From IMG/VR virus record IMGVR_UViG_3300042259_000159: 64,000 nt of DNA. One strand, given 5' to 3'. The notes below the pieces were generated by a model. It searched no databases, was not told the origin of the DNA, and was given only the letters and a program-made list of their open reading frames with translations. This DNA comes from a virus. Below are positions 9,428 to 20,031 of this stretch, in pieces. Within the stretch, counting starts at the first letter, position 1; each line of letters begins with the position of its first letter. Made by a program: the position numbers and the translations under genes.

Positions 9428-9766
9428 TTAATATTCATAGTATTCGCGTAAAGCGTCGTTGTTCCATGCCGGCTCATACACAGGCTTGTCATGTGCTTCT
9501 GCGAGCTTGTGAAGCACGTCGACAATGAAGGAAACGCCATTCTTTGCTTTCTTCGGATTGTTCTTCAGCTGGGCTTCAGCCGCAAGTCTCCCTACCCACT
9601 TCACATATCGGTCAGAGTTGGAACACTTCGCCACACCATACTCCACCTCTCCACTAGGGAGAGAACGGTATGCCACCGTAGCTCCACCGAAAGGATGATA
9701 AGGGTAGAAGTCACCGTTACGGTTGATGTAGCTGCGGCGGTAGTGAAAGAACGACACTTTATCCAT
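9428..9766 (-). CDS. hypothetical protein, PFGGATV-motif paralog family
   Basis: Track ORF 112 aa with HPFGGATVAYR...GVAKCSNSDRYVKWVGR; shares the motif with 9784-10050 and 28085-28573. Confidence 0.55.
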   Translation of the reverse strand: MDKVSFFHYRRSYINRNGDFYPYHPFGGATVAYRSLPSGEVEYGVAKCSNSDRYVKWVGRLAAEAQLKNNPKKAKNGVSFIVDVLHKLAEAHDKPVYEPAWNNDALREYYEY

Positions 9767-9783
9767 TTCTATTCTCCTTTGTC

Positions 9784-10050
9784 CTATTCCCAGCGACCAC
9801 GGTAGTCAGGTGTATTGTATGCTGCTCTTATGTACGCTACTATTCCATCGAACACGTCTTTTTTCATTGTTAAAGGGGCAGACAGAGCGTCTATGTATGC
9901 GAGGTTACGCCCGATGCGTTTCACATACTGTTCAGAGTTACAGCATCGGGCAAGGCCAAATGCTACAGCATCCCCTACCTTGCGGTAGAAAACAGTAGCG
10001 CCACCAAACGGATGAAGACGCAATTCACCTTTACGGCTTATGTAGGGCAT
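9784..10050 (-). CDS. hypothetical protein, PFGGATV-motif paralog family
   Basis: Track ORF 88 aa with HPFGGATVFYR...GLARCCNSEQYVKRIGR; tandem paralog of 9428-9766. Confidence 0.55.
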   Translation of the reverse strand: MPYISRKGELRLHPFGGATVFYRKVGDAVAFGLARCCNSEQYVKRIGRNLAYIDALSAPLTMKKDVFDGIVAYIRAAYNTPDYRGRWE

Positions 10051-10069
10051 TGCTCCCTTCTCTTAATTG

Positions 10070-10312
10070 CTACAACACATCACACACACGAGTCCCATTG
10101 TTATAGTAGTATCGGTATTCCCGCACCTTAACAAGTTGTCCTTCCTTGTTAGGTGACATTACACCAATGGAAATGGAAGGAAATATTCCTAGCTCCAATT
10201 CATGCAATGCTACCTTATAAGCGGCGTCGAATGTTGAAAACAATTGGTATCGGTAGGTGTATACGGACATTACACTGTCTTCCAGAATAATTTCATTCCG
10301 CAGACTTTTCAT
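10070..10312 (-). CDS. hypothetical protein
   Basis: Track ORF 80 aa. Confidence 0.4.
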   Translation of the reverse strand: MKSLRNEIILEDSVMSVYTYRYQLFSTFDAAYKVALHELELGIFPSISIGVMSPNKEGQLVKVREYRYYYNNGTRVCDVL

Positions 10313-10428
10313 ATTATTTCCTCACTTTCTTTCATCAATCGATTTGCAATCCCACCGAATGATGATAGTAGCTTATGCTACCAACAAGGGAAGGGGCGAC
10401 GCATAGACGCATCACCCCTTCCCTTGCT

Positions 10429-10797
10429 TTAGAACACCATATCGAGAACCGCCGACACGGCTTTGTTTAGTGTATGGAATCTTGCTTCTTCTTCCATCCT
10501 ATCGCCCGTGATATTCACGAGCACAATGCTATCGAGGTGCGGAAGGAGGGTATAGTCCTCCTCGTTGATAGAAAAGAAAAGCCCTTCCTCGCTTTCATAT
10601 GCGGCGATAAGGCGCTTGGCTACGTCCTGTTTATCCTTCTCCAGCCGGAGACGCTTTACGGCCTCGCTGTTTTCAACGTAGTCATGGCAATCCGTTCCAC
10701 CTTTACGGGCAACGAACGCACCACCGCCACAAGTCAGGGGCTTTCCTTCACCCCACCGGCAAGTCTGGCAATATTGTGTGTTTTGCATAGCAGTCAC
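10429..10797 (-). CDS. hypothetical Cys-rich protein
   Basis: Track ORF 122 aa (CQTCRWGEGKPLTCGG...C). Confidence 0.45.
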   Translation of the reverse strand: MTAMQNTQYCQTCRWGEGKPLTCGGGAFVARKGGTDCHDYVENSEAVKRLRLEKDKQDVAKRLIAAYESEEGLFFSINEEDYTLLPHLDSIVLVNITGDRMEEEARFHTLNKAVSAVLDMVF

Positions 10798-10866
10798 TAC
10801 TCCATTGGTTATGGTTCATCACATAATTGCAAGCCCTATTGCTAGGGCCTGCTATATGGGACGAAG

Positions 10867-11532
10867 CTAATCAAGGGAAATGCCGCAATCAAATGCGAGG
10901 CTTTTCACACGGTCGAGAAATTCTTTCATATTGTCCTCGGGAATGTATTGTCCCTCGGCCAGTTTTTTCAAGTCAGACTTGATTGCATTGACTGCTTTTC
11001 CCTTGTACGGTTTTTCAGGCTTGGCAGGATTAAAATCATACCATGACTGAGCCGCGAGGCGGGCTTTCACGCTCATGACATTAAAAGACTTGGCGATAAG
11101 CTTCCCTTTTTTGTACGGTTCGCCGTTCGGATCGAGAAGCGTTTCACCGTCCGCTTTCTCCTTCGCCGTTTCGAATTTCCCCTTTTTCATATTCCAGCGT
11201 ATAGCGGACGCGCTTGCGTCCAGAACCGGCTTGTTGTCCTTATCGTATTGTATGGGACCGTCGCAGAATACCCATAACATATAGTTTTGTACTGCCGTGA
11301 TGTTAATTGCCCGTGTGCCGCCGATACGTGTCATGAATTCGCTCATAAGGCGGCAACCTACTTCGCCGTCAGTATCTTCCGCCTTCGCCATTACAGCGTC
11401 GACGATAACCGCCTGGACGGCTTCGCGGAAGGACAATGCCATTGCCTCGATATCCGGCATGGCGGCTGCGAACCTTTCAGCATGCTGGCGGACAACAGGA
11501 TTACTAATCTTGCTTGCGTCGAAGTTGCTCAT
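10867..11532 (-). CDS. hypothetical protein
   Basis: Track ORF 10867-11592; start placed at the internal Met (MSNFDASK), so the 5' end is uncertain. Confidence 0.5.
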   Translation of the reverse strand: MSNFDASKISNPVVRQHAERFAAAMPDIEAMALSFREAVQAVIVDAVMAKAEDTDGEVGCRLMSEFMTRIGGTRAINITAVQNYMLWVFCDGPIQYDKDNKPVLDASASAIRWNMKKGKFETAKEKADGETLLDPNGEPYKKGKLIAKSFNVMSVKARLAAQSWYDFNPAKPEKPYKGKAVNAIKSDLKKLAEGQYIPEDNMKEFLDRVKSLAFDCGISLD

Positions 11533-11599
11533 GGTCTTTACCTCACTTACGTTATTTGTTTGTGGTATGAATGAACAAGCCACCTTGCGCATTCAAGCC

Positions 11600-13050
11600 C
11601 ACAAACAAACAAAACCTTGCTAGGGCTTGTTTGTCTATGGCGCACAAAGCGTCTATCCTACTTTTCGCCATAGTCCATGATGCGCGTTCCCCGATAGCCT
11701 AGGAATAATTTGTCCTTTCTAAGCGAAGAAATACGCGGAACCATGCTACTTTTCGAATATCCGCTTTGCTTTTCGGAGCGGTGGCCCGCTGCAACCACTT
11801 AAGGAGTCTAGACCACGTCACGCCGCTGAATTCTATCAACGGTCTGCGATGTAAGACGGTACGGAACCTATATAGGACGGTTACCTATCGGTGTCAACCG
11901 GTTTTTTCGTCCGCTTGCCGTACCGTGCCGGTATGCCGCTGATATAGCATACGCCGTGCCAACGTGTGCAACATGTTGAAATATCAGCACTATTTTTTGT
12001 GCCCTGAAACGCTATGCCCTAACCGCTTTATGTAAACCGTTGAAATGACTAGCTTTTCATATAATGCCGGTTAAAAATTTTGTACCGCTTTTCTGCTAGT
12101 GAATGAAAACTATGGCAATGCCGTAATGTAAGCGCCTGATATAATTGGCGGTTTAAAAAATTATACCATTTCAGGCAAAAGTATAAAAAATTGAACCGAC
12201 CATTTTCTTGTATAATGAGACGCGATTGCAATTATTATGCCAAACTGAATGGAACGCCTTGTGCTTATGCAATTGCCATGCCAATTGATATGGCACAATA
12301 AGTGCATAAGCAAGCATTGTGCCAACAAAGTTATCAGCCAGTTTAGCATGAAGCGTGCCATAATGTCATAAGTGAATGATAGCAGCATGATAGCATGGTT
12401 CAGCAATCTGAATATAGAATGTTATGTCTCGTTTATTGATCATTGCATATAAGCAAAATGATCAATAAGAGAGACAATATTATATAATAAGTATATACTT
12501 GTGTCGAGCGTAAGCGAGACGATATAATACTATATAGAATACACGTAAGTGCCCATAATGATTGGACTATAGGTGAATGAGTAGTTGAAACATGATAGCA
12601 GTAGGGTAATGACCTATATATGCCGTAGGCGATATAGGATACCAGATAAATATGCCGTAGGCGATATAATATTCCCTAACCGATATAGATTTACAGGGGG
12701 GTAGTAGGGGGTGAGGGGGTGTCCTTTTGGATGCACTACCCCTTAAAAATTTCTCATAGAAATTATCGCCCCAGCCAAAAATATTTTCTCCAATTCCCCC
12801 GCACATTTACACACAAATATGTCGAGCGTAGCGAGACGATATAAAAATATTTTGTCACACTTTTGATTTTCTTACGTATATACATATAGGGGGATAAGGG
12901 GGGAAGAGGAATAAGTATTATAACGAAAGAAGAAGAAGAAGAAATAAGATGGTAGATATATAAAGGGGAGGGCTCTGCTAAGAAAGCAGCCCTCCCCTTA
13001 TAAGAAATAGATGAGGAAGAGAGAGGCTAACATAACAAAGGAAAAGTAGG
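11600..13050. repeat. 1.4 kb non-coding region with short direct repeats separating leftward early genes from the rightward tail-fiber gene
   Basis: No convincing ORFs. Repeated units include atatgccgtaggcgatata (x2), gtcgagcgta(a)gcgagacgatata (two copies), cggtt(t)aaaaa(a)tt-type units, and G-rich gggggtagtagggggtgaggggg. Confidence 0.4.
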
Positions 13051-13057
13051 AGAGAAG

Positions 13058-14956
13058 ATGGCTAAGATAAACATTCCTAATATTTCTTCTCCTTATGCGT
13101 CTCAGAATGCTTTGAATGAAAGATTCAAGATGATTGAGGACGTATTGAATGACAAGGTGTTGTGGAGAGACAACCCTATCGGAGAAGTGAACACGTTAAA
13201 GAATGACATAGACCTAGGCAACAACGACCTGCTTAATGTAGGCTTAGTTAGTGCTTCGTCTATTATGGTGCAGGGGCAGGGGCTAGAAGAAGGCATTACA
13301 GAAGCCTTGTCTCGTTGTACTGAAAAGGCTGACGAGGCTGAGGCTTCTGCTAATGCAGCTGCTGCTAATGCAGCCAGTGCTGAGGCTTCTGCTATTAGGG
13401 CGGAGGCTGCTGCGTCTCAAGTTGACCTGCCTGCCGTCTCCCCCGGAGATGAGGGGAAAGTTCTTACAGTTTCTCCTTCGTTAGAGAAGGAGTGGGCAGA
13501 GGTGCCTGAGGAGCTCCCTCCTTACAGCGTTGCAGACGAAGGGAAGGTTCTTAAGGTTTCTTCGTTGGGGGAGACAGAGTGGGGGATGGAAGAGAAAGAG
13601 CTTCCTTCCTACACACCGTTGGATGCTGGAAAGACCCTGTCTGTTAACGAAACAGGAAACGCAGTAGAGTGGACAGAGCCTCCTAAAGGGAGTGTTAATA
13701 TTGCTCCACAAACGATAGTGAGGGCTCAAGTGGGTCCTCGTCCCGACGGCTGGACGGCTGCTGACTGTGACGCCCCCGTGCAGAGTATGTCTGCGGAAAG
13801 CGCAGTCATCGTGAATAACGATGTACTCCCGGTGTTCTCTAGCTCTAACAGCAGCGGTGGGATGACGGTGTCAGCGCAGTCCATTTACAGTAGCACCTAC
13901 CCTGTATGGAAAGCGTTCAACAAGCAGGCCGTGAATTATACGGATAGTTGGCAATCAGGAAATGACTTCGCAAGTGACACCGGAGTTGGTAGCAGTTGGA
14001 TTCAAGTTGACATGGGCAGTCAGTTCAATGTGGCGCGTATCGTCCTGTATCCTCGAAATGAAGACGGGACGTTCAACACAAATTTCCCGTATGACTTCGA
14101 TATTGTCATAGACGGCGTGAAGGTGAAAGAGGTCAGAAATGCTATCCCGCCAAGCAGCACTGCGCGAATGGAGTTCGACCTAGATTCTCCGGTAACTGGG
14201 CAGATAGTCCGGTTGGACATTACGAGGACAGGCGGGGCCAGTGTGACTTCACTAGGCCAGTTTTATGTCTATGATGCGGAGGTAGTAAGTGGGAGCGCTC
14301 TTGTACAGATAGCCGCAGGGCTTCAAGTCGCTTACGCAGATGAGGGCAGGGTACAGTTGTCTGATGTTTTAGATTCAGCACATGCAGTTGACCTGTCGGC
14401 AGCGGCGGACGGGACGAGCTACATTTACGCGGATCTCTCGGAGGATGGGGCTTTCTCCGGTTTCGGTGCGACTGCCGTTGCGCCTGAGGTCGGGGCGGAA
14501 AAGGCCGACACATTGGCCGACCACTTCAACCCCGCAGAGGTTGTAATGTACAACGTCGCGGGTTCACCAGTCCGCCGCGTCTACATCGGCACGGCTGAAA
14601 AAGCGTCCGGAGCGATTACGAGTGTTCACTGCTATAGCCTTGGAACAGTAGTCACTATGCCCATAAACAGCGGCAACCCTGTGGCTACGCAGTCCCTTGT
14701 TCTTGATGAACTTCCTTATGCCTACAGCAGGATGATGCAGGTTGAACCGCAGTTGTACGGTGAAGGCATATGGGGCAAAGCTGGATGGATTTATACGTCT
14801 GCTGGCCTCGGTGTGTCGGCCACCGTGCGAAAAGAGGCAATCCGTGTTGTGACAGGCACTGGTCTTACTGCACAGTATGCGTCTATTGGTGGTGACTTTA
14901 ATGCAAACATACCGAGTCCGGCAAAAATCCGCGTCACGGTGCACAGGGGGTACTAA
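13058..14956 (+). CDS. tail fiber / receptor-binding protein with C-terminal discoidin-like carbohydrate-binding domain
   Basis: Track ORF 632 aa with RBS. N-terminus MAKINIPNISSPYASQ, Ala-rich coiled-coil stretch, and C-terminal SWQSGNDFASDTGVGSSWIQVDMG resembling an F5/8 type C domain. Confidence 0.7.
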   Translation: MAKINIPNISSPYASQNALNERFKMIEDVLNDKVLWRDNPIGEVNTLKNDIDLGNNDLLNVGLVSASSIMVQGQGLEEGITEALSRCTEKADEAEASANAAAANAASAEASAIRAEAAASQVDLPAVSPGDEGKVLTVSPSLEKEWAEVPEELPPYSVADEGKVLKVSSLGETEWGMEEKELPSYTPLDAGKTLSVNETGNAVEWTEPPKGSVNIAPQTIVRAQVGPRPDGWTAADCDAPVQSMSAESAVIVNNDVLPVFSSSNSSGGMTVSAQSIYSSTYPVWKAFNKQAVNYTDSWQSGNDFASDTGVGSSWIQVDMGSQFNVARIVLYPRNEDGTFNTNFPYDFDIVIDGVKVKEVRNAIPPSSTARMEFDLDSPVTGQIVRLDITRTGGASVTSLGQFYVYDAEVVSGSALVQIAAGLQVAYADEGRVQLSDVLDSAHAVDLSAAADGTSYIYADLSEDGAFSGFGATAVAPEVGAEKADTLADHFNPAEVVMYNVAGSPVRRVYIGTAEKASGAITSVHCYSLGTVVTMPINSGNPVATQSLVLDELPYAYSRMMQVEPQLYGEGIWGKAGWIYTSAGLGVSATVRKEAIRVVTGTGLTAQYASIGGDFNANIPSPAKIRVTVHRGY

Positions 14957-15306
14957 TGGCAATTTACGCAAAAGTAGGCGAGAGCGTGCAATATGTAATG
15001 ACAGAGGCTCAGGCACGGAAAATGCCTGACTTGGTTTTGATGTCAGGGGAGAGACCCTCCCTAGGACATATTGCTCAAGCAGATGGAACATGGTTGGGTC
15101 CAGACAGCATACAAAAACAAATAGAAGCCATCGAAAAAAAGTATAAGACAAAAGAAGATGCTATAAAAGAACGCCTCCTGAATATACGATTATCTGATGG
15201 AACTTCAGAAGAGGCAAGAACCCTTGAAATACAAACGGCGTGGGCAGGAATACAGGCTGCAAAAACACAGGAAATAGAAACAATTTTACTAGGAGGTTTA
15301 GAGTAG
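14956..15306 (+). CDS. hypothetical protein downstream of tail fiber
   Basis: Track ORF 116 aa; start overlaps the tail-fiber stop (ATGG/TAATGG context). Confidence 0.5.
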   Translation: MAIYAKVGESVQYVMTEAQARKMPDLVLMSGERPSLGHIAQADGTWLGPDSIQKQIEAIEKKYKTKEDAIKERLLNIRLSDGTSEEARTLEIQTAWAGIQAAKTQEIETILLGGLE

Positions 15307-15461
15307 TGCCTACACTTCATTGTTCGGCTTGTGATAGTAAGAATCTTACACAGGAAGGCTTACCAGCTTCAGCCATCAAGTATGGCTATTATAGGTGTTT
15401 AGATTGCGGAAACCTCGTAAGACCTATTGTTATGCCAGACCTTGTAAACGAACCACTATAG
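15306..15461 (+). CDS. small zinc-ribbon protein
   Basis: GTG at 15306 after aggagg; CSACDS...CLDCGN Cys pairs. Start trimmed from the track ORF 15240-15461. Confidence 0.35.
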   Translation: MPTLHCSACDSKNLTQEGLPASAIKYGYYRCLDCGNLVRPIVMPDLVNEPL

Positions 15462-15470
15462 GGGGTAATT

Positions 15471-15752
15471 ATGTCTCTTGGTTACGTTCCACTACGTGCA
15501 GGAGACAGCAGTGATTGGTTGGGGAGAGATATTGTTATTAATATCTCTTCCTCATTAGACCTCACTGGCTGGTCTGCAAAGTTCAAATTGCAAGAAGTCA
15601 CTAAAGACTTCCCTGATATTTCTTCTAAACAAATATCTATTGCACTAACAAAGGAGGATACCTCCGGCCTTACTAAGGGCTTCCATTACGGGTATCTTAA
15701 AATATATGACAATGATGGTGGAAGCATAAAATCAGTTGGAGGGTTTATCTAG
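15471..15752 (+). CDS. hypothetical protein
   Basis: Track ORF 93 aa with RBS-like gggggtaatt ATG. Confidence 0.45.
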   Translation: MSLGYVPLRAGDSSDWLGRDIVINISSSLDLTGWSAKFKLQEVTKDFPDISSKQISIALTKEDTSGLTKGFHYGYLKIYDNDGGSIKSVGGFI

Positions 15753-15964
15753 TGTTAGATTCTATTTTGAGGCTCTTGCTGCTTCTTGTCGATTTAATTA
15801 AAACATCTGTGAGGAAGCAGGAGGTAGAGAATGTTAAAAAAGAATATAAGGATATTAGTTCTGATAGTAGTGATGAGTGGTCTTCTTGTTTCGGGGTGTC
15901 TATCGACAGGAAGCCAACAAAGCATGATAAAGAGCCTGCCTCCAAAACCAGTTCTGGAAAATAG
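15752..15964 (+). CDS. small protein with N-terminal transmembrane helix (possible i-spanin-like)
   Basis: Track ORF 70 aa (SILRLLLLLVDLI helix); overlaps the lipoprotein gene in another frame. Confidence 0.3.
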   Translation: MLDSILRLLLLLVDLIKTSVRKQEVENVKKEYKDISSDSSDEWSSCFGVSIDRKPTKHDKEPASKTSSGK

Positions 15965-16064
15965 TTGGATAGATGAAGAGGGAACGCTTCATATCCCAAA
16001 AGGAGATAAAGAAGAACTAATGCTCTATATAAAACAACTTGAAAATATATGTTCAGGATATTGA
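15831..16064 (+). CDS. lipoprotein (possible o-spanin-like)
   Basis: ATG preceded by AGGAGG; signal peptide with lipobox LVSGC. Confidence 0.5.
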   Translation: MLKKNIRILVLIVVMSGLLVSGCLSTGSQQSMIKSLPPKPVLENSWIDEEGTLHIPKGDKEELMLYIKQLENICSGY

Positions 16065-16489
16065 CTTTCGGTGGTAAAATGATTATCTTATAGGTAACAC
16101 ACCATAAGCCGGTCTATTTAACATAGAAACAAAAACTCTTGGAACAAGAGGGTTAGCTCGGTCCGTTTTCGTTGGCTAGTAAAAGCAACGATAAGCCGAG
16201 AAGCCCCCCACTTCAATTAGACCGCAAGGTCAATAAGTGGTGGGCAGTTCACAAAATTCCTATACAACACGTCACAACCCTACAACACACCATACAAGAG
16301 AATGCTTGCAAGACATGGCAAACTTCTGTCATGTAAACATGTATACATATGACAGGAATTTGAACCAGTGGCGAAGCATGGGTTTTCAGGAAATGCAGCA
16401 AATAATGATGGGGAATGGTATACCACAAAGTATGATACAATCCCTTATGTACGGAACAAGAATTTAAAACCCCCTAGGAGGACAACACA

Positions 16490-16711
16490 ATGGAAGCAAT
16501 TATTACATATCTGGTAGCTAATGGAGGAACAATCCTCGCTGCCCTATCCGCCATTATTGGTGGATTTTCTATTATAGCAACGCTAACACCGAACCAAACA
16601 GATAACAAGGTTATTAATGCTTTATTGAAGGTTATTAACTTTCTTGCTGCTAACTTCGGTAATGCTAAAAATGACCCGAATGTTGGAGTTATAAAAAAGA
16701 GCGAAAAATGA
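16490..16711 (+). CDS. small membrane protein (holin-like)
   Basis: Track ORF 73 aa; hydrophobic N-terminal half, charged C-terminus; RBS ctaggagg. Confidence 0.4.
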   Translation: MEAIITYLVANGGTILAALSAIIGGFSIIATLTPNQTDNKVINALLKVINFLAANFGNAKNDPNVGVIKKSEK

Positions 16712-16953
16712 CGCTCATATTTAGGCTGTGAGCGTTTCTAATATCAACACAACCCTTACATCATAATACTGGAAAAAGTGTCTGATAAGGCATGTTCTGT
16801 TAAAAAGAGCCTGCATACGGCCCATAGTGTGTGGGCATACACATAGTGTATATGCACACATTTGTGTGCACATCTTTCCGGTTGTGTTGTATGGGTGTTG
16901 CTATTTCTTGGTAGAAACGGCGAGAGGCGGTAAGGTTTCCCTACCGCCTCTTT

Positions 16954-17502
16954 TCATATCATGCTTGTATCTTTTATAAACCGCCAAGTATATCCAGCAC
17001 TTTTACCCTTTTTGTTTTTGCAGCACTTGGTTATACCCGACCCACTCTTAAGCCCTACCGCTTTTGCAGCCTCCTTATCATCACTAAATATTTTTCCTGT
17101 CTCTAGACATACAATAAACTCCCCCCTTCTCCTCCTTCCATGTATGGTTCTCTGTCTGCGTTGTTCAGCGGTAACAGATTTATGACACGCTTTGCAAAGA
17201 ACCCTTAATTTGCTCTCATCACAAAACATCCTCTCCATTACCTCAGACCAATCCATTTCATAAATAGTCTTCTCAAGAGGTATTACAGGGACAATATGGT
17301 CTACCTCAACACCGGATGCTCCATAGGGCTTTCCACATATACTGCAAATAAAGACCCTCCCCCCTCTCGGTCCACGAAGTGTTGGATGTGTGGCCTTATT
17401 CAGCACATTGCGTACAATGGGCGAGCGCGAAAAAGTTCTCCGCATACAAGACATGATGGCATTGTGTGGTTTCCATGTTTTTTTATCCTTCTTCGTTTTC
17501 AT
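16954..17502 (-). CDS. HNH endonuclease
   Basis: Track ORF 182 aa; HNH core VDHIVP...LCKACH with extra Cys pairs. Confidence 0.7.
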   Translation of the reverse strand: MKTKKDKKTWKPHNAIMSCMRRTFSRSPIVRNVLNKATHPTLRGPRGGRVFICSICGKPYGASGVEVDHIVPVIPLEKTIYEMDWSEVMERMFCDESKLRVLCKACHKSVTAEQRRQRTIHGRRRRGEFIVCLETGKIFSDDKEAAKAVGLKSGSGITKCCKNKKGKSAGYTWRFIKDTSMI

Positions 17503-18064
17503 ATATCTCCATAAAACTCTTTACCACCTCCAAACTGTCATAAGGGTAGAAGTTTCTACCAAACATTTTTACAGAGATGTTATACGGTTTTCTAGGCATC
17601 ATTATTCTTATCCTAGAATCATCAAACATCTGAACTGTGTGTGGATGGTCATCAACAAAGACAAGGACATTATTCTCTTCACAAAAAGGGTGTTTCTCAT
17701 CCCAGTCACGGTTGAATATTCTAAAAACAATATCATCGCCGTATATCTGGTGTAACATACCCTGTGTGTCTGCGTTTGTTTCTCTTTTACGTGCAGTGAG
17801 AATATCAACACTACCAAAAAGTTTCATGCTTTTACCAACCACATTAACAGAATAATCAACAGGTTTGCTGTGTTCCGCATACTTAAAAACATAGTCACAA
17901 AGAAGAGAATGTGTCTCCTTCTCACTCATATTTCCAACAGTTTTAATATACTCATTTCCTGTAGTATGAATACCATGCTCCATCTTTAGTCCATAAACAA
18001 TACATGGAAAGGTTTCAACAAGGGTATTATCAAGATCAAAAACAAAAGGGTTTAGTGCCTTCAT
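17483..18064 (-). CDS. HAD-superfamily phosphatase (probable nucleotidase)
   Basis: Track ORF 193 aa; motif I FDLDNTL near the N-terminus and a later VDDH-type acidic motif. Confidence 0.65.
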   Translation of the reverse strand: MKALNPFVFDLDNTLVETFPCIVYGLKMEHGIHTTGNEYIKTVGNMSEKETHSLLCDYVFKYAEHSKPVDYSVNVVGKSMKLFGSVDILTARKRETNADTQGMLHQIYGDDIVFRIFNRDWDEKHPFCEENNVLVFVDDHPHTVQMFDDSRIRIMMPRKPYNISVKMFGRNFYPYDSLEVVKSFMEIYENEEG

Positions 18065-19104
18065 TAGAACCGCTCCTCATACTCATAAAGGGTTGTTATA
18101 TGGCCTCTCTTCTCAAGCATTCGCAGAAGAATGAAATTTTCATTCATCATCTCTTTCCAGTTACGGGTTATCTCATCACCTCTCCAACCGGTGTATGTGT
18201 AATTATCTCCATAATAATCTTTGTAAGCTTCTGACACGGCTACATACATATCCCTTTCAGTGTTACATCCTTCGAGGTACTTCTCTGCGCCTTTGGGACC
18301 AACGCCTTTGGATTTTCTAATTCCAAACTCTTTCCTTATTTCATCTGTGAAATTATGCAGGCCAAGGATGTTGTCGGTAGCATCTCCTGTCAACATCTGT
18401 GTCCAAAACCGTCTTGCAGCAATATCAATACCAACCCACTCTGGAATAATCTCTTTGTCTAGATAATTAAGGTGATAGCCTGCAACCTGATAAAGATCCT
18501 TATCACAGGCACATATAGTGATGGGTGATGCATCCATATTTCCAGCCTTAACGGCCTTATGATATCCCCACCAACCAAGGACGGAAACAACATCATCAGC
18601 TTCAAATCCGTCTTCCCACACAACCTTGTCTTTGTATGCATCTTTAACAAAATCTTTAACAGCATCAAATCTAAGCGGTTTATCTATCCTGTTCCCTTTG
18701 TATTTCTGTATTGTAGCAATGTCATCACGAAAATTACCACAGCCGCCTATAACTATTTTATAATCTTTGCATAAGGGGTGCTTAATAATCCTCTCAAGGC
18801 TTGCTTCAAATCTGCCGAAGGCGACAAAATCTTCATTTGTTATTTCCACAAGAGGTTCTATCTCAAAGCACTCCGGTGTGAAGGGTGGTTTTCCGTTAGC
18901 CTCCCGTTCTGCATTTAAGTCCGCTAGCCACCCCCCGTCTTTTTTTGAGAAGTTACCTCCCCAGAAGGCTGTTCTGTTTTTAAATATTTTTTTCTTATCA
19001 CTACCTTTGTGCTTCACAACAACACGTTCTTCTTGGCAAGCCAGTGCAGATCTAACAAGGAGTGTATCGGCATCAATAGCAAAAAGCTTTTTATTTTTCT
19101 TCAC
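18064..19104 (-). CDS. 5'-3' exonuclease / flap endonuclease (T7 gene 6-like)
   Basis: Track ORF 346 aa; FAIDADTLL, GFEADDVV and GDATDNILG acidic motifs. Confidence 0.8.
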   Translation of the reverse strand: MKKNKKLFAIDADTLLVRSALACQEERVVVKHKGSDKKKIFKNRTAFWGGNFSKKDGGWLADLNAEREANGKPPFTPECFEIEPLVEITNEDFVAFGRFEASLERIIKHPLCKDYKIVIGGCGNFRDDIATIQKYKGNRIDKPLRFDAVKDFVKDAYKDKVVWEDGFEADDVVSVLGWWGYHKAVKAGNMDASPITICACDKDLYQVAGYHLNYLDKEIIPEWVGIDIAARRFWTQMLTGDATDNILGLHNFTDEIRKEFGIRKSKGVGPKGAEKYLEGCNTERDMYVAVSEAYKDYYGDNYTYTGWRGDEITRNWKEMMNENFILLRMLEKRGHITTLYEYEERF

Positions 19105-19158
19105 TATCCCTCCACAAGTGAAAGGGGTTACATTGTAACCCCTTGGAATATAACAGAA

Positions 19159-20031
19159 CTAGAACGGAATATCATCCATTTCGAAGTCTTCTTCACCGCC
19201 ACCAACACTGTCGTCATTAACATATTCATCAGGTTCAAAAGGAGGTTCATCAGGGAGTACAGGTGTTTCAGGTTCTTTTGTCTTCTCCTCCGCTACAGGG
19301 ATTTTACCCTCTTTGACATATTCTGTAACCGGCTTAACCAGTTGAAGAACCCAGATAGCTTTTTCCTGAATCTCATCCTCTTTCTTAGCAATATCACAAG
19401 CATTAAGAATGGCGTGACCCACGGCAGCACCAACATCATAGTCACTCATATCGGGGTGCTTCTTTGCATAAGCGGCCTTAAGCTTGGTTGTCAGGTCATG
19501 AATGAAGCAAGCCGTCTTAATGACAACGCTGTCATCTGCAACCTTTCCACCCTTAAGGAAACGGAATGCTCCGTTGAGTGCGTGACCGACACTAACCCCT
19601 GTCATATCTTTTTTGAAAGACTGCTTTTGCTGCCCACCGCCGGTCTGCTTGCTTTTTGCAGCAGCCTGCTTAAGCTTTATGCTTTTGCCGTTGTAGTAGG
19701 TAACACCGTTGGCACCTGTGTTTGTGGTTAGCGTGAAAGTAATTTCATCTCCTTCTTTCAGATCATGAAATCCTGCACCAAGCTTGATGGCAAACCTCTT
19801 ATCTTTTCTTCCTCCAATATTTACTTTAATACCATCAAAGGATACAGTCTCCATTTTATCCATATCCATACCCTTGACTTCACCATCAAACTGTGCCACC
19901 ACTCTTACCGTGTTTCCATAGTTATCAGGTTGCTTAAGCTCATTAAACCAAAGCTTGCTAATAACACCATTTACAACCATACTCATATCTTTCCTCCTTT
20001 TATCTAAAGCTTTAATATTTAAACTAACCAA
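19159..20031 (-). CDS. single-stranded DNA-binding protein with acidic C-terminal tail
   Basis: Track ORF 290 aa; C-terminus EEDFEMDDIPF as in SSB/gp2.5-type proteins. Confidence 0.6.
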   Translation of the reverse strand: MVSLNIKALDKRRKDMSMVVNGVISKLWFNELKQPDNYGNTVRVVAQFDGEVKGMDMDKMETVSFDGIKVNIGGRKDKRFAIKLGAGFHDLKEGDEITFTLTTNTGANGVTYYNGKSIKLKQAAAKSKQTGGGQQKQSFKKDMTGVSVGHALNGAFRFLKGGKVADDSVVIKTACFIHDLTTKLKAAYAKKHPDMSDYDVGAAVGHAILNACDIAKKEDEIQEKAIWVLQLVKPVTEYVKEGKIPVAEEKTKEPETPVLPDEPPFEPDEYVNDDSVGGGEEDFEMDDIPF

